Assembly: GCA_002633005.1 (NCBI GenBank)
Contig: NMRA01000164.1
Coordinates: 157,085 to 221,084, forward strand
Reading direction: 5' to 3'
From: Phoronis australis
Lineage: Eukaryota; Animalia; Phoronida
Length of the DNA stretch: 64,000 bases
Positions within the stretch are counted from its first letter, which is position 1, and the number at the start of each line of letters is the position of its first letter. Both the position numbers and the translations under genes were made by a program. Shown here piece after piece: positions 37,901 to 50,740 of this stretch. Under the pieces are notes generated by a model, which saw only the letters and a list, made by a program, of their open reading frames with translations, was not told the DNA's origin and ran no database searches.

Positions 37901-40900
37901 TATATTGCCCATGTTGATTTTGGGCCAAATATGCAATAGAAACCCCAGCACAATTGTCATTAACATTCATTATTTACATACAGGAGTCCAACATTTCCAT
38001 GAAGTGCAATTCATCATTCGCATGGAGTTCACCAAAATCCAACAACAGGGTCACAAGTAACAAAATCAACTGAACCAAAACTCACTCATTTGTAAAGCAA
38101 TCACTTACAAAGGTCAAAAATATCCCCTAAGTTCGATCACAGGTTGCTATTCAGAGATGCTCTACCAATTTGATCAACAATGGCAAGGCTCTCCTCAATA
38201 GCCAATCTGAATCTATTGACATCATTGTGAAGAATTGTAGGATTAGCATAATCTATTGCATGGTCTGTTACCATAGAATATTGGTTTTCACCTTCTTCAA
38301 AATTAGATCTTTTTGATGGCCGTCAGTCCTCTAATATTTATCACAATTTTTTATTGTTTGCGTCTTGTGTTTTTGCTAAATTTGGAATCTCATCTTCCCC
38401 TCATGAATACTTGGCAGTGTTGGATTTACAGGTATAGAGGGACAAAGGGACAATACCCACCTGAACGGCCCGCCAAGAGAGGGTCCCGTCTAAAATGGGA
38501 CACCTTAACATAAAAAGCTAAATACCACTAAGCTTGGAAAGAGTGACATGCCATTCCATCACTGTGTGACCCTGCAAGAAGTGACCTTCCTCAACATGAA
38601 AGTTGGTTGTATGATTTCATAAAAAAATGGAAAATTCCAACGTTGGACCCTCTCTCTGTGAGTGACCCCTTAAGAATTTGTCAATAAAACATAAAAAGGT
38701 TGGCCACTTGAATGTCAACAATAGCCCCCTTCAAGGGGAGGGGCCTAAATATGAAAAGATCATATTTTCAAAAATCAGGAAATATGCAGCAATTGATGTT
38801 ATCTGTTAGGTCATCAATTTTTCTCAAGTGATATAAACTTTCGAAAAAAACACAAAAAATAGAGCGACAGTTGTCTGTGTTATCCCTTGCCAGAGAGGGG
38901 CCTCTGGAAAAATATAGTTTTGCATTCACAAAATTGTCTTACTGAATTTAAAAATCCAGTGAATTAAGATGCTCTGCAAAAGCTTCACTTAACAAATTTT
39001 CTCGATTTTTTGAAATACATGTATGAATGATTAAGAGCACGTTTTCAAGTGTGTTTAGACAACCTATGGTGCAAAGACGGAGACCCCAACAATAATGTCC
39101 CGGCCAGGGCCCTCCAAGGGTAAACCATGCACTGATACAGAGTTATGAAATGTTCTCTTGAATTCTCTCTCCCATCTGTATACGCTGTTTCGACTGTCCC
39201 CGGCCCCACGTCTCTGTTGGTCGCCACGGTTTAACCCTGACATTAGAAAATTTTCAGGGGGCACATGCCCCCTGCCCCCGCTTTCTAAGATAGTTGTCAT
39301 ATCAACATAAAACTCGAACACCCACACTGGCAGTTAAACCTGTATATAACATTAGACCTCTGCGGTACTGAGAAGGTTTAGGTGAACTCCTTGAGAATGA
39401 TGTATTGAATTTCGGGGAAATGTTGGACTCCTGTATATAAACACAGAATGTTAACAACAATGTGCTGGGGTATCTACATAATATTAGTAGCAAATCATTT
39501 AAATAATTATCCACCATATCTACCATCAGAAATTGTGTTCACTCACAACAATGTTAGAAGCCTTTGAAAAATGACAAAAACAGTACTTTACTGTAAAGCC
39601 TACACAAATAATGTTTGAGCTGCCTGACATAAAATCAATAATTTCAAAATCACTGTAATCACTAAGAAAATCAAAGAACGCAATCTTTCACTTAAGTTGG
39701 CAAGCATCTTCAGGTAAGTACAAGATGACTGAACATAGAATGTTATAAACCAGAACTAAAAAATACAAAAATGACATTAGGTTACCATGGCTGCAAGATG
39801 AAGATCTGGTTGCCATCCCAGAGCCTTCTGAGATTTTTTGGTTGAGGGGAAAATCCCCCCTCCCCAGTTGTCCCCAATGCCATCACCCCCAGTTGCCAGC
39901 CCTCATCAACGATGCCTCACAGAAGCCAAAACTAACATTTTGCAGAAGTGATTCTGACCCTCATTGGATTTTTTTAATGATTGGAGGGAACTTTGTGCAT
40001 GATGAGGGGAATTTCGCATGATATTTAATTATTTTTCATAGGGAAATGAGGCTGATATTCAACCCCAAATCGAAACATCAAGGGCCCTGCATTCAGGGAA
40101 TAAAGGGCCAGGTGCTCTTCAATTTTTGCAATTTGCATCACTGTTGTCGCCAAACACTGAGCCCTCATTGGCTGATCACATTTCCTTATAATACATCTGA
40201 AAGCTGAGGCCTTAATTTATTTCAGTGAAAATAAACATGAAAATTTTAGGACCATTACATGAAAAGCTCCCTTTTTATTTTCAGCAATATTGACAATTTA
40301 NNNNCCCCCCCCCCCCCCCCCGGCGTGTATCAAAATTGACTTACTGACAGAGATAAAATAACGTAGGAAATAACATCAATGCTTGCACAAGTCCAAAAAT
40401 GTGGTGAAAAATTAGGGAACATAATTGAGCCCTTATTTGGCAACGCTTAATGCAACCGGGTACTGCATCACACGGTTGATTTCGTCATGAGAAACAAAAA
40501 CTCTTCTTGCTAAAAATATTCAAACGGTTGGAAACCAGAGTTGTAATACTGGATATTTTACCTCCCTGTGCTTATTTGCAACAAAAGTGTTGGCATTGGT
40601 AATGGACATGGAATCACTCAATGTAAGACGAAATGCAGTTACAGAAAATTGTTGATTACCACATTCCCCTGGGCTAACACCCACCCCGAAATTTCCAATT
40701 AAGCATTTTTATTAGCTTGATTTTTTGTTTGGGTTTCTGTATTAATTTTCAACTATAGTCTACACACATTGGAAGTGCAATTGATATCACTGATCTAATG
40801 AAGTATTTTACAACATATACTCCTGGCTTTGGGTCCAGAGTTAAAACTCTGGTAATGAGAAGTTAGTTAAACATCAACTTCGGTGGTGCAGCGAACAGTG

Positions 40901-43565
40901 AAATTATCGCTGTTTGATTTGTGAGTCATTGGAAGTTATTGCAAGACGGCACATCAAAAATATCATGCAGGTGTATTATTTTAAAATGTAAACTATGTTA
41001 TACATGGTCAGCTACTAGTAAGAGTTGAATTGACAAAGTGCTTATAATTATAGAATGGTCAATATTTGAAAAAAAATGTCAATAATATCAAAACGTGTCG
41101 TAATTGACAGTGTCAACTGTCGATAACTAAGATAACAATGAATTTAACAGTTCATACCGAATTGAAGAGTCGACATTCTGCTGTTACATCCACTTGCGCT
41201 GTTAAATTTAATCCAGGACTGAAGTTAATTGTTCATTGCCACTAACGCTCCCAATAGCTTGATGCGTTAAAATTGGCATCAAAGTCCCTTCAAACTACAT
41301 ATCAGAAGTCCATCATCAAACTTCATAACATTTTCGGACACTTTACTAACGGCCAAGACGTACATAACCTTTCACAACTTCCTTATCTGTTTCTTCAAGA
41401 TCTTCCATCACAACTTTAGTTTCTAAGATACTCTCAGAATGTTTACTGAGTACACTTCAGGACTGGATTTGTTTCAAATTTCTCACTTTTTACACTCATA
41501 CCAAGTTCATACGACTCGGGAACAAATTCACTACAGGGCTCCACACTGTGTGAACCAAGACATGCAGTAAACATCCCCTTTAAACCAGATAAGGATCAAT
41601 TTAGAGAAATCTATTGAATTTCTCCAATGTCACAAGGTCAGCCCAATTGGTTCTTTCCACATTCGAGTCTCACTAGGGGGCTAGTCACCAATAGAGTATA
41701 ACTCTACTCTCTAGGTCACATAGTCAGGGTAACTCAGTACTATTTCTCATCAGATCAAATCTAAATAAAATTTTTGATCAAGCTTGAAAGCATCCATTAG
41801 CTGTACTTTTCCATTTTCTTTATGGGACATGAAAACTGATAGAAACCATAAAATCTGAATAGCGGAATAAAAATAAGACTCTAGGTTTTTGAATTTTCAA
41901 AGTTGGTGAAGTAATAGCAATTTGTCGACAAAAACCCAAGCCTAGAGCTATTCATCTCGCTCACAATAGAAGCTGGGCTTAAAAGAATGTGGATAAAGTG
42001 CGTTGTGACAACACAATCTAACTTAAAGAACTTGTTCAAGACATGCATTGTGACCTAAAATCAGTAGAGGAAACCCACAAGATGGAATTGCCCCAAGACA
42101 TAGTTGGACAACTATAGCCCCAGGTGTTCTCCAGTAATTGACAAGATGTGATTTTCATTTGACAATGTGACCTTTGTGGTAGTGACCTCCAATTTGAGGT
42201 CATCTGCCTGTTGAGGTCAATATCCATACCACAATAAGCCCAAAACGCTCTCTAGTTAGTGATGGGACGATGCTCAGTCTATGAACAAAAAGACAACTCA
42301 ATGATACTGTAGACTGAACCACAGACAGACAGCAGTGATGACCCACACGTAGTACATTCAAAATTGAAAATCGATCAAGTCAGCCTGCTGTTCAGTAACA
42401 TTATGACCTCGCTAAAAGCAAGACTTCACGAGATTACACGAGATATTGCCGTGAATTTCAAATGAGAGCACGTGACTTTTGCAATATCTTTAGCTAGGTC
42501 CTAGCGTACTAGTAGGTCCTAGCATTACTGAACGCATGCCAGATATAACACAGTAAATGTTATTGCTGTTCTTCTGATTAATGTACATTTTTAACAGCAG
42601 AAACAAAACATAAGAATAAGACAGCTTTTGGTAGGGGAGCACAGAAAAATCTCATCAGTTCCATCCATTCACTGCATTTAAAGCCCTTTCATACTAACTT
42701 AAGTCCAGTATGAACAGAGCATCGACGTACACCGCTAAGTTAATTGAATCCTTCGGAATCGAAATAAGTGGTAGGTTATGCAGTCGTCATCGAAGTAATC
42801 GCAAAGTAGCACTGATGCATCCCGTGCATGCCAAATTTTTTTAATGTGACAATTTGAGAACATTTACGTGTCCTAATTGACATAAAACTTATTTCTAATT
42901 CGATTAGTGATTATTTGAGCAAAAATATAAGCAACTGCCTTTTAATTGTTAATGATAATAGTGGCCCCTGGCATTAAATCCACCTGTCTACTGCAAAGTG
43001 AACTGGCGCTGTTAATTTCGATTCAGGACCAAAGTTAAACGTTTATAGTAACCGCAATTCCCCAAAACATCCACAAGCCAATGTTGGCATGAAAGGGTCT
43101 TTACGCAAGCCTGTTCATGTGCAGCTTGTTAAGGAAAGCTAAAAAGATTAACCAAAGAAACATTGTGTATATACGCAATGTTTTTCTGGTTGATTATTTG
43201 GAGAATTTCTAAAAATCCAGACTATATGATAAGGGTGGGTGGTATAACCGAGCTGGACGTTGTGAGAAAATCAGAGGGTGGGCATTTAGCTGAACATGGG
43301 TATTAACCTGCATAAATTTGGAAATACAAATTTTGTAGATGCAATTGTACTACTTAGTGAACAAAGATACAGAGACTCAAATGTCAGCTCGTTTCAGACC
43401 TGAGAATAGGCAGCATAATGATACAAATTTCCAACTTACGATTTCTACAATCCTAAGAATTCCTTCTTTTGATGTGACATAAGATGTATTGAGAGCCACA
43501 CCAGAGGAGTGACTTGTGGTTGTGGTAGTCTGCGTTTCATAAGTGCTGGGCATAGGGTCGGCCAT
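31843..43565 (-). CDS. MARVEL-domain tetraspan protein (plasmolipin/CMTM-like), 4 coding exons, 178 aa
   Basis: Exons 43440-43565, 37373-37540, 32937-33032 and 31843-31989, all phase-0 GT-AG. SYVTSKEGILRIVEIVLGLILLICAA is a typical MARVEL start; four hydrophobic segments; Thr-rich termini. Confidence 0.9.
32719..32793 (-). mobile_element. tRNA-derived SINE head / tRNA pseudogene
   Basis: Minus strand ggagtcagtgtgacctagtgtgataggcgccagc...gaggtcgtgggttcgcgtcccattgggcca; degenerate A and B boxes, no clean cloverleaf. Confidence 0.55.
32937..33032 (-). CDS. MARVEL gene coding exon 3 (ELIYFAVMALFCFIAGIVAAVVGSYPAMGAAS)
   Basis: ttttgcag acceptor, gtaagt donor, 96 nt. Confidence 0.9.
33365..33898. 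mobile_element. Degenerate TIR MITE (Harbinger-like?)
   Basis: Left end agagtgccttcccactag; reverse complement of right end aggtgctttctcattag; TTA/TAA-like flanks. Confidence 0.4.
34606..36412. mobile_element. Non-autonomous Tc1/mariner-pogo-type element, 1.8 kb
   Basis: TIR ccgtaaacgttcg(a/g)gttaacgccc, TA TSD (34604-34605, 36413-36414), subterminal gggcggttaa/gggcgcttaa repeats. Confidence 0.88.
37373..37540 (-). CDS. MARVEL gene coding exon 2 (VLGLILLICAAVGWGLGGYSSWCQFVGAWCFVTILIWFILYLLGLNVRLPGPAILI)
   Basis: tttattcag acceptor, gtaagt donor, 168 nt. Confidence 0.9.
39819..40089. mobile_element. Small hAT-like MITE (related copies at ~54950-55210 inverted and ~60100-60319)
   Basis: cagagcctt...agggccctg termini; 5-bp flanks catcc/cattc; shared ttggttgagggg.aaa core. 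Confidence 0.6.
43440..43565 (-). CDS. MARVEL gene coding exon 1 (MADPMPSTYETQTTTTTSHSSGVALNTSYVTSKEGILRIVEI)
   Basis: ttctag acceptor at 43590, ATG at 43565, gtaagt donor. Confidence 0.9.
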
Positions 43566-45102
43566 CTTGGATATTGATGACTATACACACTAGAATAGAA
43601 AATTAAGACAAAGCATTATTTAAAAGCATCTCAAACAGCACACACCTTGAATATATCACCAATGGCAGGTAACACAGGATACAGAACTACATGGGAGATA
43701 TTTCCAGATATACATACTGTACTCATACAGATTAGTGCTGAGGCCAATAAAAATCGGGGGGAGGGCAAGAAGTCGTGACCATTCAAAATGAAATTTTTGA
43801 GCAGTCAGGGGTGGAAGCTAACTTGAACGGTCAATTCAGGTAAACACCCACGGAGCTAGATGTACGTCACTCGCAAGCAACATAGTCAGACAAAACATTT
43901 TAGGAGAGTGCAGGTTTTTCTTACACGATTGGAAGTCTGACTGTTCATAACTCAAAGATAATTGAGTTTCATACATTTTAGGAGCTGAAATTTGCAGGTT
44001 TGTGTCCACAAATGACCCTAGAACAAGTACTGTACCTCGATATGGTGTTGATACATGTGGGTCAAGTTGCTCCAGCAAACATAGCGTCCACACAACTAAT
44101 GCAAATATTCGGGTTCATACCTTGGGCACATAAATGGGCAAGTCTGGAAATCAGGGGGTGGGCACTTATCCCAGAAATGGGAAGCTTAAATTTGAATTTT
44201 CAAGAAATTGGGGATGGGTGCTTACCCAAACATGGGTGCTTCACCTGAGCTAGACTGAGATAACCTGGCCACCTATGCCTATGACCTTCAAAATTTAAGT
44301 CCATATAAGCAGACATGAAGTTCAAAGAATTTGCCGCAAGGCTATAGCTGTCGATGGGAGAGTTCAATGAGCGTTCTCTTATCAATGCATTCAAGTTACC
44401 TTGAAGTACGAAACTTGAATCAGAGAGAAAATACATATTGAAAAATTACCTGCCAAAATTTTAGGACTGACCTGCTTTGTCAATCTTATCACAGTTGTTG
44501 AAGAGACGAAGTTAGGTAAGTCTAAGCATAAACTCCTTTTTGTTCACAAGTCAAATTTTGCAACTCAAATGTGCCCTGGTCAAATGACTCGCAAATTTCA
44601 CAAGAAATCTTACCATATGTTAGTTACATATTCAATTACAATTATAAGTGTTCCATGAAATAAAAATCTCATAATATTTTGACAGTGCAGATTTTCTTCA
44701 TCAGGGGTTTCGAGTTTGATCCCTCTGCACTGAATATGTAACATATATGGAAAAAGTAGGACAGCCACAAAAAGTCACGTGACCCTGAAATATCTGTGAC
44801 TTCGCCTTTGAAAGTAACCAAGGCTTGGTTTTGGCTCTTTAATTCCGAGAAGTCAGGTTCTTTTGAAAATTAAACTTGTTATAGAATAGAATGGGAGACT
44901 ATGGATGTTTCTTATGCACTTAAGTCAAGAGCCTGACATAAATTCAAAAACCGTAACTCACCGTAACTACACTGTGACATGGGTAGGTGCTAGACCCAGC
45001 GATGGGTGCTTAATTGAAAATTCTCAAAGAGTAGAGTGTGGGCGCTCAATCTGGCAATGTTAAAAAATATGGGGGTAAGCACTTACCTGATGAGCATGGG
45101 CG

Positions 45103-46001
45103 CTAAAGACGAAGGCAACCTTTCTTCATGTCTTTTTTTAGCAAAAATAATGTTCGTTGGTTATCCCAGACATATTTTCCACTTAATTACAGCTTTTCGT
45201 AATTTAATTAATTATTCGTAGTATGCTCCGGAAGTAACCTTTTGGGAGGCAAGAATGTGAATTTCTTTTCATATAGTCTGACTGTGAGAGCTGCCAAGTC
45301 AGTCATTGTTCTATCTCGGTTGCGATAAGTTTGGTCATCGTTTGCTTTCATTTACGAGTCAGTCAACATGCCAGACTGTTGCTGCGTACCGGGATGTTCT
45401 CATTATCATCTCATGGACAGAGGAGCAACTGTCCCACTTAGCTGAGTGTCCCGCGACACACTCCCACTGGATAATGACCTGAGCACACAGACTGCTTACA
45501 CCCCGCCGTGTGACTGCCTCGCCTTACCTGGTGCCTTCTAAATAGCTCCAATGCTTTATTCAAGTCCACAATAAACTTATCAAAGTTTGGCTCACCGATC
45601 TGTTCATTGAACAACGAACTGTCCTCTTCACTGGGTGTCGAACGGGGTCTGTATTCACACCCACTACTCAACATCGCAGCAGGGCTGCTTACAGGCTCTG
45701 GGCAATAATGAGTACATCCTGGTACACAGCAACAGTGTGGCATGTTGACTGACTCGTAAACAAAAGGAAACGACGACCGAAATTATCACAACCGAGGTAG
45801 ATCAATAACTGACTCGATAGCTCTCATAGTCAGACTGTATGAAAAGAAATTGGCGCGAAATTCTTGCCTCCCAAAACGTCACTTCTGGAGTAGAGAACGA
45901 ATAATCCATTAAATTACAAAAAGCTGTAATTAAGTGGAAAATATGTCTGGGATAACCAACGAACCTTACTTTTGCTAAAAATGACATGCCTTTGCCTTTA
46001 A
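45103..46001. mobile_element. Foldback Kolobok-like element with ~300-bp inverted arms
   Basis: Arms 45103-45406 and 45705-46001 are inverted copies; the right end is cctTTAA; each arm ends in the start of a THAP-like ORF. Confidence 0.82.
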
Positions 46002-48857
46002 CTTGAATGTTCATGTTGTACAAAACCTTAATAAGCGACAACATTCTCATTCCAGGAGTAACTTGTTAGATAGGGTAACTTGCAGTGTGGGTGGCATTCC
46101 AGTGGGTGGGCAGGCTATGTTCATTAAAGGAGTAAACCTTACAATACATGTTTACAAAGAGCAGAGTTTGATTTGCGACTCCAGATTAGCGACCTGGAAA
46201 AAATCCCAGGTTGCCACAAAGTCACCACGCCACATCCAAGCACGCACTCAAAATATTACAGAAAGTATACGGACAGAAGTTAGAATCATAAGTGTCTGAC
46301 CATGATGATCTGCCTCGGGAGGTGGAGCCTGAGCGTGGAATAATGGACCCGAGAGGGAGAAACTGGTCATTACCCAGCAACCAAGACATTCTTAATTTTA
46401 CGTTGTTTTTGAGCAAAAAATGCTGAGTGCACCTGCAGACATTTTCTAAGTTTGGTGGCTTTCACTTCAGGTTTTGGCAGCCTGAGTTCCCGTATGGCGA
46501 CCTGGGAATTTTGCCCGGTCACATTTGGTGAGCTAATGTTATATGCTAAGCAGCGTTGAGCTCTGAAGTGCACGAGAGGCGACTACTTATCCATCCCACC
46601 ACCAGGAAGGTAGAAGTGTATGAGGCATCACTTATGGAGGAATTTACCGGTATGTGCAAGGCAGAAAGGGCAGAGATTGAAAATCTTTTTTTCTAATCAG
46701 TTCAGATAAGAGCTAAGGGCTTACAAAATAATCAAAACTTCAAAGATAACTTACTCCTACTGATAAGAAAAGGCACTTATGAGCTTAGTGTTCCAAGGTC
46801 AAAAAGGGAACAATATTCAATCTCTAAATACTATTTTCAGTATGTTTTGTTAGACTACGTTTACCTAATAAGTACTCATTGAAACCCACAACCCCAAGAC
46901 ATGAGTCTGTGATTTAATCGTCACATAACTTATGATGTAAACAGAACTAGAGACCAAATTCTCACAACAGGGTCCCAAGCTTCAAGCTTTTGCACAGCAA
47001 TTCAAATTCAAACGCAACAATTCTGGCTGAAACTCAAATCAAAGGCAATGTAGAGTTAGGATATAGGACTTCTGGCTTCCAAGAACTTGACAACCTTGAA
47101 CAATTAATTTCATTTCATGAAAGTCTCAGGACAGTTATGCATACTAGGTTCACATGAGTGGCGAAAACACTTGCAGTTTCATTTGCAAAAAACACTAACG
47201 CTTTAGGAAGCTGTCAGCAAACAGGTCATATCGACCAGCAGTTAGTACGTTTCCTTAACACCCAAATCGCTTTAATCACTCTCTGCCATAAATTGATTAA
47301 TGCGACGGTAAACAAAGACTTCCCGGCTCCCTCCCCTGAGCATACGTGTACTTTGATGTGAGCGGCCTGGCTACAAAAATACTAGAGAAAAAACCAGTAC
47401 TTAGGGAATACAATAATCAGGGGGTTGCGAGTTATAATTATAATGGAGACAGGAAACGGAAAAAATTTGTCAAAACTAAACAACTTGCATTGTGATCCGG
47501 GAAATCGTTAATTCTATGTGCATCAACCGTGATGAAACCGGTACTTCAACACACCTCCAGAACTCAATGAGGATGGGTCATTTTGTTGTGGGCCAGTGGC
47601 TGAACATGGAATGTATTCCCTAATCAATGAACTTGGAATTCTACGTTGCGAAAGCCATTTACTGAAATAGATTTTAAGCAAGTGGTCATCGTCTTAAACT
47701 TGCAAAACTTATGCAAAAGAAAAGAGAGTAAAATTTTTGTTTCACCTTTCTTAGTTTTTTTCTTGTCAGCTACTCACAATTAAAGGTGATTTTATTCAAT
47801 GCACAATAATTTACTAAACTATTCACATACGGTATTTTACCAACTCTGTCTTGTGCAGAAAAATTGCAATTAAAAAGCAGAAATAGTTGATCAATGTGGA
47901 GCCAAAATTGCTAAGCAGTACCCAAAAACAACAGATTCCAGACTTTTGCACACATTTAAAGTTTTTAAACCTCATTTTGCTTGTGTGATCTTATCATACT
48001 ACGGTCATACATGCGTGATCTTCAGACCTTGAAATTTAAATTCAATTTCAACTGCACAACCAATGGAATACAGTCGGTGATGCCCAATTCAAGAACTGAG
48101 GAGCAAATTTATATCATGAATGCAGACTGGTTTGATATCTGGGGGATCTATTGGTCACCCAGTTCTAACACATTGCAAAGTATGGATTTTGAACGTGCAA
48201 CATAACAATTTTCCATACAAAAGATGTGGACCTAGAGATTTGAGACGAGGAAGGACGTATTTAATTTATCACAGTATCATAACGTATTAAGCATACCATA
48301 CTCAGTGGGCATTAGTTCAACCATGGGTGTTGAAAAACATAATTGTTTAAGAAAAGTAGACTGGCATATACGCTAACAGTTGATTCACTTATGCAAGTGC
48401 TATTTTTGAACTCAAGCTCACACCAGGCCTTCATCTAGAGGGTGTCCAGCTAGTCCAGGGCGTCTAAGTGGACACACTTGCGTGGACACCTTATACAGCA
48501 TTTGGATACCTAAGTAAAGTAAGCAAGTAAGCACGGCTGTCTCTTTCACTTACTAGCAGTAGCTCTGGAAGCTCACAGGCCGGTCGGTAATGACCTGATA
48601 TAACGTGCCAAGCTTTGAGAGTTAAGGCCTTTGTGTGATACTGCGGGTTATGACGTAACCGGTCAGATAGCTGTGTAAAGACTATCGCCAAAATAAAGCT
48701 TGACAGCCTTGCGTTATTGAGCTCCGTTACATCCCCGACATTGCCCACAGCCCAGGTAGTTCTGCTCGTCACCTCGTCATGGAACTTACATCAACATGTA
48801 GTAGAGCGCGCGACCGATGCAGGCGCATGCAAAATCTAGGCGTCAACCAACACTCAC

Positions 48858-48940
48858 CTTGCAGTTTGCAACCGCTTGAGTGAAAAACAATCTAATGAAC
48901 TGTTGTAATAATAAGTGACATGTGCACGCGCCATTTCCTC
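48858..48940 (-). other. Candidate non-coding first exon of the MARVEL gene (5' limit uncertain)
   Basis: Strong AAG|GTGAGT donor at 48857 in a CpG-richer patch; the ATG-containing exon has an acceptor, so an upstream UTR exon is needed. Confidence 0.45.
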
Positions 48941-49742
48941 AGAAAAATTTTGAGACATCTTTCGAAAGATGATGACAACTTGGCGGCAACAAGGTTTGTT
49001 ATGAAATTCGGTTTGCTGGTATTAAAGTACTGAAAACTTATAACGAAATGAAACCAGTTTCGATAATTTGTTGTGCCAGGTACGCAACCTTGTAGAAGGA
49101 CAGTTGACTGAAGAATCGGGGGAAAAGGAACCGGCCAATGTAAGCCGACTTAAGAGAACGCAGAATAACGACAGAACGACAATTTCTCTCGAGCGCCGAT
49201 GAAATAATTTAGTTTACTCAAGGAAGAGTGTCGTTAAAAAAAATTCGCCGGGTAAAGATTTTACATGTTCAGTTTTTTACCCACATCGGCGCAAAGCTGT
49301 ACATTTAATGTACAGCTTTGCCGCACAAAGGCAGCTAGTATGATGATGCTTCACCCGAGAACCAGAACGTCCGTTTTTTTACTTGACTAACTTTAAACGT
49401 CAAATTGGAGAAAATGATTTTCATTTTGTTCTAAAACTTATGCAGTGGATAAAATTATAATTATTTAGCTCAAAAGCGTACAACGAGGTTGTTTTGTGTT
49501 AGATTTATTAAATGTTGACCTTTCAACTGTTTATAAGTCACATACCGCAGCCGGGAGCCTGGTGATGAGTAAAACTCAAAAGCGCCGCGTATTACAAAGC
49601 GAAGTGTCCTTTGTTGCTCACAAAAGATTTCGGTGGATTAATCGGCACAAGACCTGCATATGCATACGTATATAGCCCCATTGTATGATCTGTGTAGGCC
49701 TAACGGTAATAAATCTTAGCCTGTTAGTTGTTGCGGTTTTAG

Positions 49743-49875
49743 TCCCCGGCGGTCCTGTTTTGTGGTGGGGCGGTCATGTTTTTGGGTGCGTCAGTCCCAT
49801 TTTCTGGTGCGGCGGTCCCATTTGATCCCCGGAGGTCCTGTTTAGAGGACCGGCGGTCATGTTGTTTCTCACCCG
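49743..49875. repeat. ~21-bp degenerate minisatellite (ggcggtcctgtttt...), probably a transposon subterminal array
   Basis: About six tandem units of g(g)cggtcc(c/t)(a/g)ttt.. Confidence 0.65.
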
Positions 49876-50169
49876 TGAAGATGCAAAAAGCTTTATTATA
49901 GAACCGTGTCGCCACAGAAACAAACCTTTACTATTATACCAATATGACTAGAGGTCATAAAACAGTCACTTTTGTCCTTGGTCATGGACGCCTTGAGAGA
50001 AAAGGGAAACTTATTTTGGACGACCTATTTTTAATCCTGAATGAAACTCTGGTTCACATTACAGTGGAATCTGACATTCACAAATATTATGTTGATGACA
50101 CGCTATAAATATTAACAATTCATGAACTATGCAGTAACTTTAATTGTGACAGCAGACTGGTTTGACAGC

Positions 50170-50740
50170 TTTTAAGTAAGCCCTACAGCTACAATGCCCA
50201 AGCAAGAAACTATACTTGAGCATGCTACAGCATTACTAGTTCTAAATACCTATAACATATTTTCTTCAGAATTCACAAACTTGGTTGAAGACACGACTGA
50301 ACTTTTTGTTGGAGAGCTTCATATATACTCACTCATAGTCTACATACAATCTCCTTTTTCCAGGCGTGCAGTTATGAAGCAAAACACTAAAACATGTAAA
50401 ACATGTTAAAATAGTTACTTACTATATTTCAAGATGACATCACGGTCTCTGCTTGTATGCCCCTCTACCTGCTGTTACCATTTATTTTACTGTTCATTTC
50501 GTTTCCTCCACATTCATTTCACCTATTGCCTGATGATGAGACATGTCGTCTCGAAATATAGCAACAATTTCAACTTATTTGTACATTACGTCTCTTGATG
50601 TTTTCCTTCATTACTGCACACCTGAAGATAAAAGATTGTATAGAGACTACGAGCGAGTATATATTAAGCTGTCAAACCAATAGTAGTCATACCTTCAACC
50701 AAGCTTGTGTCGATGAAGGGCTGCTACCAAACTATACTGT
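50170..50740 (+). mobile_element. Penelope-like retroelement remnant (decayed ORF end, pLTR with ribozyme, ORF start)
   Basis: Hammerhead motif at 50526-50564 followed by a decayed ORF ...KRLYRDYERVYIKL.. HTFNQACVDEGLLPNYT resembling the N-terminus of Penelope-type ORFs. Confidence 0.7.
50526..50564 (+). ncRNA. Minimal type I hammerhead ribozyme
   Basis: ttgc-CTGATGA-t-gagac(atgtc)gtctc-GAAA-ta-TA-gcaa: stem I ttgc/gcaa, intact core, 5-bp stem II, palindromic vestigial stem III. Confidence 0.75.

Noticed and set aside
40301-40321. N bases next to poly-C (also 53163-53179 poly-G)
   Set aside because: Homopolymer sequencing or assembly ambiguity, not biology.
49553-49590. Second hammerhead-like motif (ctggtga-tgagt-aaa-actc-aaaa)
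   Set aside because: Both core boxes are mutated and there is no convincing stem I.
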